Sequence record: AP017925.1
Length of the DNA stretch: 64,000 bases
Strand: one strand, 5' to 3'
In this document: one piece after another, positions 1-6,746 of the stretch
Layout: every line of letters starts with the position of its first letter
Numbering within the stretch: the stretch's first letter is position 1
Notes under the pieces: generated by a model
Database searches by the model: none
Told to the model about the DNA's origin: nothing
The model's input: only the letters and a program-made list of their open reading frames with translations
Translations under genes and position numbers: made by a program

Positions 1-592
1 GAGTCGCGTGACTGTACTCGATGGTGATGCTGAGCACTTTCTTGCCACCGAGCACGAAAGCCACTTCCACGCCCACTTGAGTCGGCTTCAGCCTGATATG
101 CTTCGGCATCAAGGCATCGGTAGGTTTGACGGTTGCCGCCACTGCTTCGAAAGCAGCTATGGCCATACTACTGAAGCGAGGATTGGCCGAGAGTACATCC
201 TTGGCTTTATCCCAGCTGACGGATTTACCGAGGGAAGAGAGATCGCTCTTGGACGGAGCAACCTTCTCTACAATCACATCAGACAACACTGCCAAGCCAT
301 CCTTACGCACGAACAGCTTGAGCGTTTCCATTACTTCCGCTTTCTCTTTGGAATGCAGCGTAACGATCAGGATATGGCCGTGATTCGGATCGGCTTGCAG
401 GGCAGCGGTGAGATATACCTTGCTGCTGCTGTTGCCTTGTGACCAGACGAGATTGTGCTTCTCCCACATTGCGCGAAGAACAAGAGAGTTATCGAACTCG
501 TTGTCGAAACCTTCCTGAATTGCAGCGTGCATGAAATCCATCACACCGCCATCATAACGCTTACCGTCAAATGCTTTCAGTCGTTGGCTCAT
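1..592 (-). CDS. hypothetical protein, runs off the left end of the window
   Basis: Translated by hand from ATG at 592 (MSQRLKAFDGKRYDGG...). The frame stays open to position 2 with no stop. An AG-rich RBS (GGGAAAG) lies upstream. Absent from the ORF track because it has no stop. Confidence 0.7.
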   Translation of the reverse strand, partial: MSQRLKAFDGKRYDGGVMDFMHAAIQEGFDNEFDNSLVLRAMWEKHNLVWSQGNSSSKVYLTAALQADPNHGHILIVTLHSKEKAEVMETLKLFVRKDGLAVLSDVIVEKVAPSKSDLSSLGKSVSWDKAKDVLSANPRFSSMAIAAFEAVAATVKPTDALMPKHIRLKPTQVGVEVAFVLGGKKVLSITIEYSHAT

Positions 593-612
593 AGCTTTCC
601 CACTAAACTTCG

Positions 613-1248
613 TTAACCCCAAGGATGCCAGCTGTCATCCCGTTTCTTTTTCTCTTCAGAGACAAGCGCTCTGAGTTCTTCGTATTTCCATGGAAGGCCG
701 AAGTCGACATCCGGCTGGCGCTTCATAGCGTCCCAAGATTTTTCTTCCTCAGCACTGACTGCATGGTGATAAGGGTGTCGCGAATCGGTAACGTAACCGT
801 GATCAGTATCAAACACGAAGCCTTCGCCTTCGTGGAACGCATCATTCGAGAAGTAGATGACGGCTTCCCTGCTACCATCTTCGAAAATGCTGCGCAGAAG
901 AATGTCGCCTTCTTCCAGCACAAGATTCTCACGAATGCCGTTGAGCAACATGATAAAGAGCTTCTCACTCGGACGACTGGTGCTGGCGCGGCTTTCATAC
1001 AGCCAGAAATCACCTTTGTCTTCTTTGACGCGCCAGCGCCAAGTATCGAAGTAAGATGAGCAGCTCACTAGCATGGAGTGGATTGTACTGACTGCTTTGT
1101 TCAGATCCTCTTGCGCTTGGTTTCTCGGCGGCGGCGGATCAGTCAGCTCTTCCTTGATCCAGTAGAGATAGTCGAGAAAATCCAGCAAGTGCTGCGGTGC
1201 CGTCTTCTTGACTCGCAACTGGGTAGCGATTCCGGTATAGTCAGCCAT
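613..1248 (-). CDS. hypothetical protein (~211 aa)
   Basis: Track ORF 613..1356. Start moved to MADYTG (1248) because a promoter motif (1288..1314) and the RBS AAGGAAA lie just upstream of it. Confidence 0.7.
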   Translation of the reverse strand: MADYTGIATQLRVKKTAPQHLLDFLDYLYWIKEELTDPPPPRNQAQEDLNKAVSTIHSMLVSCSSYFDTWRWRVKEDKGDFWLYESRASTSRPSEKLFIMLLNGIRENLVLEEGDILLRSIFEDGSREAVIYFSNDAFHEGEGFVFDTDHGYVTDSRHPYHHAVSAEEEKSWDAMKRQPDVDFGLPWKYEELRALVSEEKKKRDDSWHPWG

Positions 1249-1287
1249 GATGTTTCCTTTAAGCAGTTCAGTGGTGTTTACAGCGTG

Positions 1288-1314
1288 GTAATATGTTCCC
1301 AGAGAAATCTTGAG
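1288..1314 (-). promoter_or_regulatory. putative phage early promoter (AAATT-N8-ACATATTAC type)
   Basis: Minus strand CTCAAGATTTC-TCTGGGA-ACATATTAC, same spacing as five other copies. TATTAC is the known phiKZ early-promoter core. Confidence 0.65.
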
Positions 1315-1360
1315 ATGGATTTCAATGGCATAAAGCGGAGAGCAAATGCCCTCCACCTTA

Positions 1361-1711
1361 TTACTGCTTTAGCTTGCGTTTCCAGCCGATACTCAGGACG
1401 TAACGCACGCCTTCTTCGACTTTTGTTACCGAGTGAGTTACCAGATCCGGACGGAAGTAGTTGATGCCTCTCCAACGAAAGAGGGACTTCTCACAAACCA
1501 ACTCTCCGCCTTTCTTCGGCGCCTTTAACTCGATGTTCAAACGGAAGTGACCGTAACCCTCGATTACGGGATCGACATGGGGAGGAATGGAACTCCCTAC
1601 GCCATATCTGATCAGATGGCAGTCCATGTTCAGAAGCTGGCTATTGAGCATCGTAAAGATGCGATAGCCTGTTCCCTGTCTGCCATCTTGCCAATGCCAC
1701 AGCTTTCTCAT
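1361..1711 (-). CDS. 2OG-Fe(II) oxygenase superfamily protein (minimal)
   Basis: IPPHVD (HxD), GGEL, distal H in VTHSVTKV, and R in GVRYVLSIGW: the typical facial triad plus 2OG-binding Arg. Confidence 0.75.
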   Translation of the reverse strand: MRKLWHWQDGRQGTGYRIFTMLNSQLLNMDCHLIRYGVGSSIPPHVDPVIEGYGHFRLNIELKAPKKGGELVCEKSLFRWRGINYFRPDLVTHSVTKVEEGVRYVLSIGWKRKLKQ

Positions 1712-1758
1712 GGTTATTCTCCTGTACTACAGAATCCCCATTAGAAGTAGAAAATGGA

Positions 1759-2394
1759 TCAGCCCTTGGACACCATCGTCAGTGTGATTGCACGACCATC
1801 CGGCAGAAACACGCTTTCACCGAACGTCGGGAACTTGGTTTCCGAGTTCAGGTTGAAGTCTTTGATATCCCGCACCATATACGCCATCACGATCTCGTTC
1901 GTGATATGGAACATACGATCACGCACGTCAGCATAAGGCACGCTGACGATAGTATCACCAAAGTCCTTTACCGTACCTTTGTGGAACGAGAACGACATCA
2001 TGCTGTTCGGCGTGTAGCTGTAGGTCTCACCTACTTCCAGTGCCTTGATCGCTTCGTCGTGGTTCCGGTCTTTAGGCGAGAACCCGCGATAAAGCGTTTC
2101 ACGTACCGGAGGCGGTTGAATGGCTTCGAACACACGCTTGGCTTCGCGCAGTTTCGGCAACAGCGAGTAGTCAGTGACGGTGATCCAGCGTTCCACAGCT
2201 TCGAGGAGTTCTTTGTGCTGAATCAGTTCTCGGACGATGCGTTCGTCCACGTCTTCCTTCTGGAAAGTGACTTGGGGATGGGACCACACCCGGTCTTCTA
2301 ATTTGTCCCACAGTTGTTTGGTCCAGTCGTACACTTCTTCTTGCTCCAGGCCAAGCCCGGGTTGCCCGTCGAGGGACAGAACTTTCAAGCCCAT
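1759..2394 (-). CDS. putative ADP-ribosyltransferase (R-S-E type)
   Basis: TLYRG ... MSFS ... FGESVFLP matches the order and spacing of the ART R-S-E catalytic motifs. Confidence 0.55.
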   Translation of the reverse strand: MGLKVLSLDGQPGLGLEQEEVYDWTKQLWDKLEDRVWSHPQVTFQKEDVDERIVRELIQHKELLEAVERWITVTDYSLLPKLREAKRVFEAIQPPPVRETLYRGFSPKDRNHDEAIKALEVGETYSYTPNSMMSFSFHKGTVKDFGDTIVSVPYADVRDRMFHITNEIVMAYMVRDIKDFNLNSETKFPTFGESVFLPDGRAITLTMVSKG

Positions 2395-2440
2395 GATGAA
2401 TACCTGTTGGTTAGATGATGGCTATAAAATAGTTCACAGC

Positions 2441-2478
2441 GGCATAAAAAGCGGGAGAGGGCACTCACGCCCTCTCCC
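2441..2478 (-). terminator. intrinsic terminator with TTTATGCC tail
   Basis: GGGAGAGGGC/GCCCTCTCCC stem followed on the minus strand by TTTTTATGCC. Confidence 0.8.
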
Positions 2479-2479
2479 T

Positions 2480-3240
2480 TAGTCCATTGTTTCCCCAAGA
2501 CGCTCCACCAAACGTCAAGAGAATTCAACCGCAAACCAAACATCAGCCGAACGAATACCACGCTTCTATAGTGAGTGTGGGGAGAGGATACGGGCCCATC
2601 TACCTATCTTACCTCTCCCCACTACCTCGCAGGCCACCATCAAGCCTTTTGAGTAAAGTGGTAACAACCCACTCACTACCGACACTGTTACCCGCCTCAG
2701 GACGTAACCTGTGCATTGGGTCAGCTCCCAACTCAATGTCGGAACTACGCTCGTTCTAACGTAGCTTTGCTTTTTACCGCTTACCGAGATAGCGGTGTTT
2801 ACCTCGCCTCATTTGCTCGGGTCTTTGAGGTTTCGCAATTCCATATCCTTTTTTGATAGGCTGGAGGTCTGCAAGAGGTAGAGTTTCATGCCCCGGCTTC
2901 AGCTGATGCACTTTTCCCTACTCGCTCCGCACCCACAGGCTATCCCTCTAAACTAAACACCGACTGTCGCATGGCTGCTACAGCTCCGTATCGCTTGACT
3001 TTAATTGTCGACTCTAAACCACTACTACCTATCAGATCTTTGCGAGGTATGTCGGTCTTACATTCTTGCGATGGGCTTAAGCTACTCTGGTGGAGAAACC
3101 TAATCAGCAAGCTGCCGGTGTAGAAACGATCTAGAGCCGCCTGTCACTCCGAGTGACGGACAGTGTCAATTTAAAAGGATAGTCCACGAGCAATCTGAAC
3201 AAAAACATTCAGAAATGGCTAATGGGACATAACATAGGGA
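2480..3240 (-). ncRNA. candidate large structured ncRNA (~750 nt; GOLLD/ROOL-class candidate)
   Basis: No credible ORF over ~800 bp, bounded by terminators at both ends. Many stems: GTGGGGAGAGG/CCTCTCCCCAC, GGTAAC/GTTACC, ACCGCT/AGCGGT, CTACG/CGTAG, GTCACT/AGTGAC, CTGAA/TTCAG, and GACGTTT/GAGCGTC with G-U pairs on the minus strand. Family identity not verified. Confidence 0.55.
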
Positions 3241-3281
3241 AATATGATAAGGTAACTAGGTATTTACCTACTTATGCAAAC

Positions 3282-3309
3282 AAAAAAATAAAGCGGCCGA
3301 AGCCGCTTC
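3282..3309 (-). terminator. intrinsic terminator
   Basis: AAGCGGC-cgaa-GCCGCTT (cUUCGg loop on minus strand) followed by TTTATTTTTTT. Confidence 0.8.
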
Positions 3310-3311
3310 AC

Positions 3312-3437
3312 TCACCAAGACCAGTGAGCAAGTCCAGCGAGGATCAGTAAGACCACCAACAACTTGATCTTAGTCTTCTGGACCTGTACGTAGAAGTCTT
3401 TGTCCTCTACGAGGCGATCGAACACGGAACGACTCAT
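3312..3437 (-). CDS. small membrane protein (41 aa)
   Basis: Hand translation MSRSVFDRLVEDKDFYVQVQKTKIKLLVVLLILAGLAHWSW*. ATGA overlap with the upstream gene. Below the track length cut-off. Confidence 0.65.
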   Translation of the reverse strand: MSRSVFDRLVEDKDFYVQVQKTKIKLLVVLLILAGLAHWSW

Positions 3438-3625
3438 CGACGTAGCTCCTGTGCTGCTACACGTGCTTCCAGATTCGAATCCTGCAACTCTTCAACCTGC
3501 TTGAGCAGGGCAGCCATCCGGAAACCAGCATCGCGACACTCAGCGCAGTCACTGGACTGCAGATGTTCAACGAGTTGTTCGTCAGTGAACTCTCCATCGA
3601 GTTCTTTCTGATGACAGATAGTCAT
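3434..3625 (-). CDS. small Cys/His-containing hypothetical protein (63 aa)
   Basis: Track ORF 3434..3712. Start moved to MTICHQ at the ATGA overlap (3622-3625). Contains C-H...H...CxxC. Confidence 0.6.
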   Translation of the reverse strand: MTICHQKELDGEFTDEQLVEHLQSSDCAECRDAGFRMAALLKQVEELQDSNLEARVAAQELRR

Positions 3626-3852
3626 TGCCCCTCCGGCCAGACAACAGCGTCCGCACGGCCAGTGAACACAGCCCACGCGGCACGGAAGCGAGCCTTGATG
3701 CCGCAAGCGCATTGCGGTCGAGCAGGAACCCAGCGCCCGTTGATCTGGGCTTGAGTGGTATTGATAGTCTCGCAGAGACTACGCAGTCCCCACATGGTAG
3801 GTTCGTGTTTGAATTCCGGCTTCAGTTTCTTGAACCATTGCAGCAACTTCAT
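3622..3852 (-). CDS. hypothetical protein (76 aa)
   Basis: ATGA-coupled on both sides. Confidence 0.7.
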   Translation of the reverse strand: MKLLQWFKKLKPEFKHEPTMWGLRSLCETINTTQAQINGRWVPARPQCACGIKARFRAAWAVFTGRADAVVWPEGQ

Positions 3853-4301
3853 TGTTTCTCTCCTGCGTTTGCCAGTATGGCGGCTGACTTGTTAAATACT
3901 TCTTTGATAACATCCGCGAGCGCCTTCAGGCCGTCGGGAGTATCGACGTGGTAGCTGCCGCAGGCGAAGCCTTTGAACCACTCGCGCGGGCTCGGGCAAC
4001 CACAGTGACCTGCAACGCGCACAACGCGACCGTGGGTAGCGTGCAAAGCTTCTGCGGTATCGACGTCGAGTCCGGGACCTTCAACCATCCAGTAATACCA
4101 GCCGCGAGTGAATTTCCAGCCATGCAGTACGCCCAGTACCGATGTCTTCACTTCACCGGATTGGCGGCGAAGCATATCAGCCAGCCATTCGGGTGGTTGA
4201 CCAGCATCTTCTTGCAGCGTCGGAATACCGGCTGCTTTGAGTTCGGCACGTAGAATATCATCGGTGTCTGCGTGATCACCGGCTCTGTTGGGGAAACCCA
4301 T
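3849..4301 (-). CDS. hypothetical protein (150 aa)
   Basis: RBS GGGAGTAG. Protein-like composition, with WYYW and HCGCP motifs. Confidence 0.75.
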   Translation of the reverse strand: MGFPNRAGDHADTDDILRAELKAAGIPTLQEDAGQPPEWLADMLRRQSGEVKTSVLGVLHGWKFTRGWYYWMVEGPGLDVDTAEALHATHGRVVRVAGHCGCPSPREWFKGFACGSYHVDTPDGLKALADVIKEVFNKSAAILANAGEKQ

Positions 4302-4339
4302 TTCTACTCCCTAAAGTAAGTTAACGGCATAAAAGGAAT

Positions 4340-4592
4340 GCAGGGGGTGGCGAAACCAAGGCTAACCCGTCCCTGATCCCGCCACCCTTCTCCCACACCG
4401 CCCTCACCGCGTGCTCGCGGCCAGAGGACTACATTGGGAAGGCTGCGTCGACAGACGCTCCGGCGGCTAGCGGGCCGCACCATGGCGTCAGCTGTCTTCC
4501 CTGCGTGGGGAGCTTTGCGGCCCGCGATCTCGCGAGGCGCGCTCCCCATCGTTCAGCGCGGGCGAGTCTCTCAATCCCGCCCGCGCCTGAAC
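4340..4592 (-). ncRNA. candidate GC-rich structured ncRNA (~250 nt) at the 3' end of the tRNA array
   Basis: Stems GTTCAG-CGCGGGCG/CGCCCGCG-CTGAAC, GGGGAGC/GCTCCCC, GGGAAG/CTTCCC, a 17-bp GGGTGGCGGGATCAGGG/CCTTGGTTTCGCCACCC hairpin with G-U pairs on the minus strand, and a possible long-range GCAGG/CCTGC pairing. Visibly more GC-rich than flanking DNA. Confidence 0.6.
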
Positions 4593-4610
4593 ACTTCACT
4601 ACAACAATAC

Positions 4611-4718
4611 TGATCCCTCGGGTTAGGATTCGAACCTACGACCTGCGTCTGGTATGGTAGGCCGGCCGCTGAGGACCCGCCTTGGTGACGCCGCTCTGCC
4701 GGACTGAGCTACCGAGAG
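4611..4718 (-). tRNA. tRNA-like RNA with a 37-nt insert in place of the anticodon loop (identity undetermined; ends UCA, not CCA)
   Basis: Acceptor CTCTCGG/CCGAGGG, TA, D-arm GCTC-AGTCCGGCA-GAGC, anticodon stem GCGTC/GACGC enclosing 37 nt (4650..4686), variable region AGGTC, T-arm GTAGG-TTCGAAT-CCTA(A)C. Confidence 0.7.
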
Positions 4719-4733
4719 TATGCTACGGAAAAC

Positions 4734-4809
4734 TGGCTCCAAGGGCTGGGTTCGAACCAGCGACCAACGGCTTAACAGGCCGCTGCTCTACCGACTGAGC
4801 TACCTCGGA
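4734..4809 (-). tRNA. trnN: tRNA-Asn (anticodon GTT)
   Basis: 76-nt canonical cloverleaf: TCCGAGG/CCTTGGA, D-arm GCTC/GAGC, anticodon loop CT-GTT-AA, T-loop TTCGAAC, encoded CCA. Confidence 0.97.
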
Positions 4810-4822
4810 ATACTACTAAACT

Positions 4823-4933
4823 TGGTGCAAAAGGTACGATTCGAACGTACGAAGTCTTTTCCCATCCTTAGATGAGTCACCTTGTGATGATACGGTTGTA
4901 TCTCACTGCCTTAAACCACTCAGCCACTTTCGC
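4823..4933 (-). tRNA. class II (Leu/Tyr/Ser-like) tRNA-like RNA with a 25-nt insert in place of the anticodon loop
   Basis: Acceptor GCGAAAG/CTTTTGC, discriminator A, CCA. Class II-style D-arm TGGCTGAGTGGTTTAAGGCA, T-arm GTACG-TTCGAAT-CGTAC. Stem GTGAG/CTCAT encloses 25 nt (4877..4901) and is followed by a long variable arm. Total 111 nt. Confidence 0.7.
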
Positions 4934-4949
4934 TTGGAAACTACACTCC

Positions 4950-5200
4950 TAGAGCCAGAAGCAAGGCAGCTAACGGCGTCTCCATGACGGTTCTGCTGCC
5001 GCTGCCGAGCTAGTGGCCTAAGGGCTATAGTCTCGCTGCTAACAAATCCATAACTTGAGAGTTGCGCTGATGAACGCTTCTCCCCTACACTTTAACGAGG
5101 ATCATCACTCCTCGCAACTAGAGGCCTTTCGGCGGTAATCCTAACGCTGCCATCCCGGTCAGGGGATGGCCAGCAAACTCGAAGAAAACTAGAGCAGCTA
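4950..5200 (-). ncRNA. candidate structured RNA or leader upstream of the tRNA array
   Basis: Stems GCTG-GCCATCCC/GGGATGGC-AGC, GCC-GAAA-GGC (GNRA loop), GAGGA/TCCTC, and GGCAGC/GCTGCC enclosing CGTC/GACG. No credible ORF. Confidence 0.35.
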
Positions 5201-5288
5201 CTCCAGAGAGTCCTCAAGTGATAGGATACAGATACAGTGTGAGTCTCTGCATGAAATAAAGACAACGTGTATTTTTTTACTCTACTTC

Positions 5289-6164
5289 TTAGTTTGCGCC
5301 AACGAGCCAATTAGCCAAACGCTTGATACCCGCGAGCAACTTGCCGAAGATACCTTGCGGTTTGGACGTAGTAGCAGCGCTAACGGCTTCAGGTTGAATT
5401 GCTGGCTCTGCAACCACTGCTTTCTCTTCAGAGGCAGGAACTTCCGGCTCCTGTTCTACAGGATCGCGAAGTACGATCCCGTCACCGAAGGCCGGGTACG
5501 GTGCTGCGTCGTAGTCTTCCTGATCCATCAGAAGCTCGTTAGTCCACTGGTACGTGGCGTGGAAGCCGCTGAGGATATCGAGCCACCAAACGCTACCAGT
5601 CGGAGACGGCGTGATGGCGATCTTGTGCTCAGTGCCTTCTTCGTCAGTGACGATCAGGCAAGGCATGGCCAGCCACTTGTACTGCTCCTTGATTGTGCGG
5701 CTCTTGAATGCAAACTCCACACGGATGTCGTGCGGCTTCAGGAAGGTGTTTTCGAACTGCTTGTTTACCTTAAGCGAGCGGAACACCGATTCGTATTCTT
5801 GCTTCGCCAGCGCCTCCTTGTTCTTCACGCAGGAGATGCCGAGGTTGCACACAGCATCGCAGAACACGAACCAGCGGTTGAAGCGCTCGGCGAATTCCTT
5901 TGGCGCGAGTTTTTCCTTCTTGATGGCGGACAGTTGGTCGGCCACGATGTGCGGCAAAGCAGCCACGAACTCGTCGCGGTCGAAGTAGTAACCGTCGGCT
6001 TGTGCACGCTCTTCATCGATGTTCTTCTGGACTTCTTCCAGCGTACCGAGGATGCGGTTGTAATTCGGATCGATGTGCTCGATCGCTGCAATTTCTTCAT
6101 TCACCGCAGCCACGCCTGCTGCAATGTCGTCTTGTACTTCCTTCGGGATATTGGAATCACTCAT
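5289..6164 (-). CDS. hypothetical protein (~291 aa)
   Basis: Start moved to MSDSNIP (6164) because the longer track ORF runs through a terminator. Codon usage matches other phage genes. Confidence 0.8.
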   Translation of the reverse strand: MSDSNIPKEVQDDIAAGVAAVNEEIAAIEHIDPNYNRILGTLEEVQKNIDEERAQADGYYFDRDEFVAALPHIVADQLSAIKKEKLAPKEFAERFNRWFVFCDAVCNLGISCVKNKEALAKQEYESVFRSLKVNKQFENTFLKPHDIRVEFAFKSRTIKEQYKWLAMPCLIVTDEEGTEHKIAITPSPTGSVWWLDILSGFHATYQWTNELLMDQEDYDAAPYPAFGDGIVLRDPVEQEPEVPASEEKAVVAEPAIQPEAVSAATTSKPQGIFGKLLAGIKRLANWLVGAN

Positions 6165-6239
6165 GATGGGTCTCTGGGTTAGGGTGCAGTGAGAAGTTGC
6201 ACCAAGATGATAAGGGCTACTGGTTAAAACTAGATTGAC

Positions 6240-6270
6240 GGCATAAAGGGGAGGCAAAACGCCTCCCCTC
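6240..6270 (-). terminator. intrinsic terminator with TTTATGCC tail
   Basis: AGGGGAGGC/GCCTCCCCT stem next to GGCATAAA on the plus strand. Confidence 0.8.
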
Positions 6271-6304
6271 TGGGTTAGTTATTCGCTTTCCCGTAAAACC
6301 TACT

Positions 6305-6655
6305 TCACGATACCGTGTCTTCAATCACGATATCGAAACTTGGTGCTCGAACCAACGCACACGCTCGAACATTCGGCGTCACGTGGTGAGTAACCAGCTC
6401 TAGTCCAGTCTGATGACAGAAAGTGATCAGCTGACTCAGTTTGACAGCTTTAGTTGCCGGTTCGATGAAGGTTTCCCTCATTTCGCCCAGCAGCTGACTT
6501 TTCTTCCGATTAAATTGAACGGATTGATGCCCATCCTTCGTTCGACTACGCGAGAGGACCAGCCTGTTTCCGTCCATTGCTACTGTTGCAGATTCACTGA
6601 CGAGAATGTCGACTTCATCAATCAGGTCAATGCAACGTTTAAAGGCAACGTCCAT
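6305..6655 (-). CDS. hypothetical protein (116 aa)
   Basis: RBS GGAG, lies between two terminators. Confidence 0.7.
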   Translation of the reverse strand: MDVAFKRCIDLIDEVDILVSESATVAMDGNRLVLSRSRTKDGHQSVQFNRKKSQLLGEMRETFIEPATKAVKLSQLITFCHQTGLELVTHHVTPNVRACALVRAPSFDIVIEDTVS

Positions 6656-6746
6656 TGTTTTTAACTCCTATGCAGTTGGTCTCTACTGCATAAGATAACT
6701 AGCCGGCACAAAAGACGGGGAATTTCCCCGTCTCTTATGTTGCTGT

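Noticed and set aside
2487-2759. 90-aa plus-strand ORF
   Set aside because: No RBS, Pro/Ser-rich junk composition, wrong strand for the locus, and it overlaps predicted RNA stems.
4304-4549. 81-aa minus-strand ORF
   Set aside because: Low-complexity Arg/Gly/Ala translation of a GC-rich hairpin region, with no RBS, and it runs through the terminator. Better explained as structured RNA.
4340-4592. tmRNA, RNase P, SRP or raiA identity for the GC-rich RNA
   Set aside because: No TTCGA T-loop with CCA end, no GAGGAAAGTCC and no GGAAGGAAGCAG. A short CATGGTGCGGC resemblance to raiA from memory is too little to support a call.
4611-4933. Selenocysteine or suppressor tRNA, or group I intron, as the explanation for the odd tRNAs
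   Set aside because: No UCA/CUA anticodon in a 7-nt loop and no 8-bp acceptor stem. The inserts (about 30 and 18 nt extra) are far too short for a self-splicing intron.
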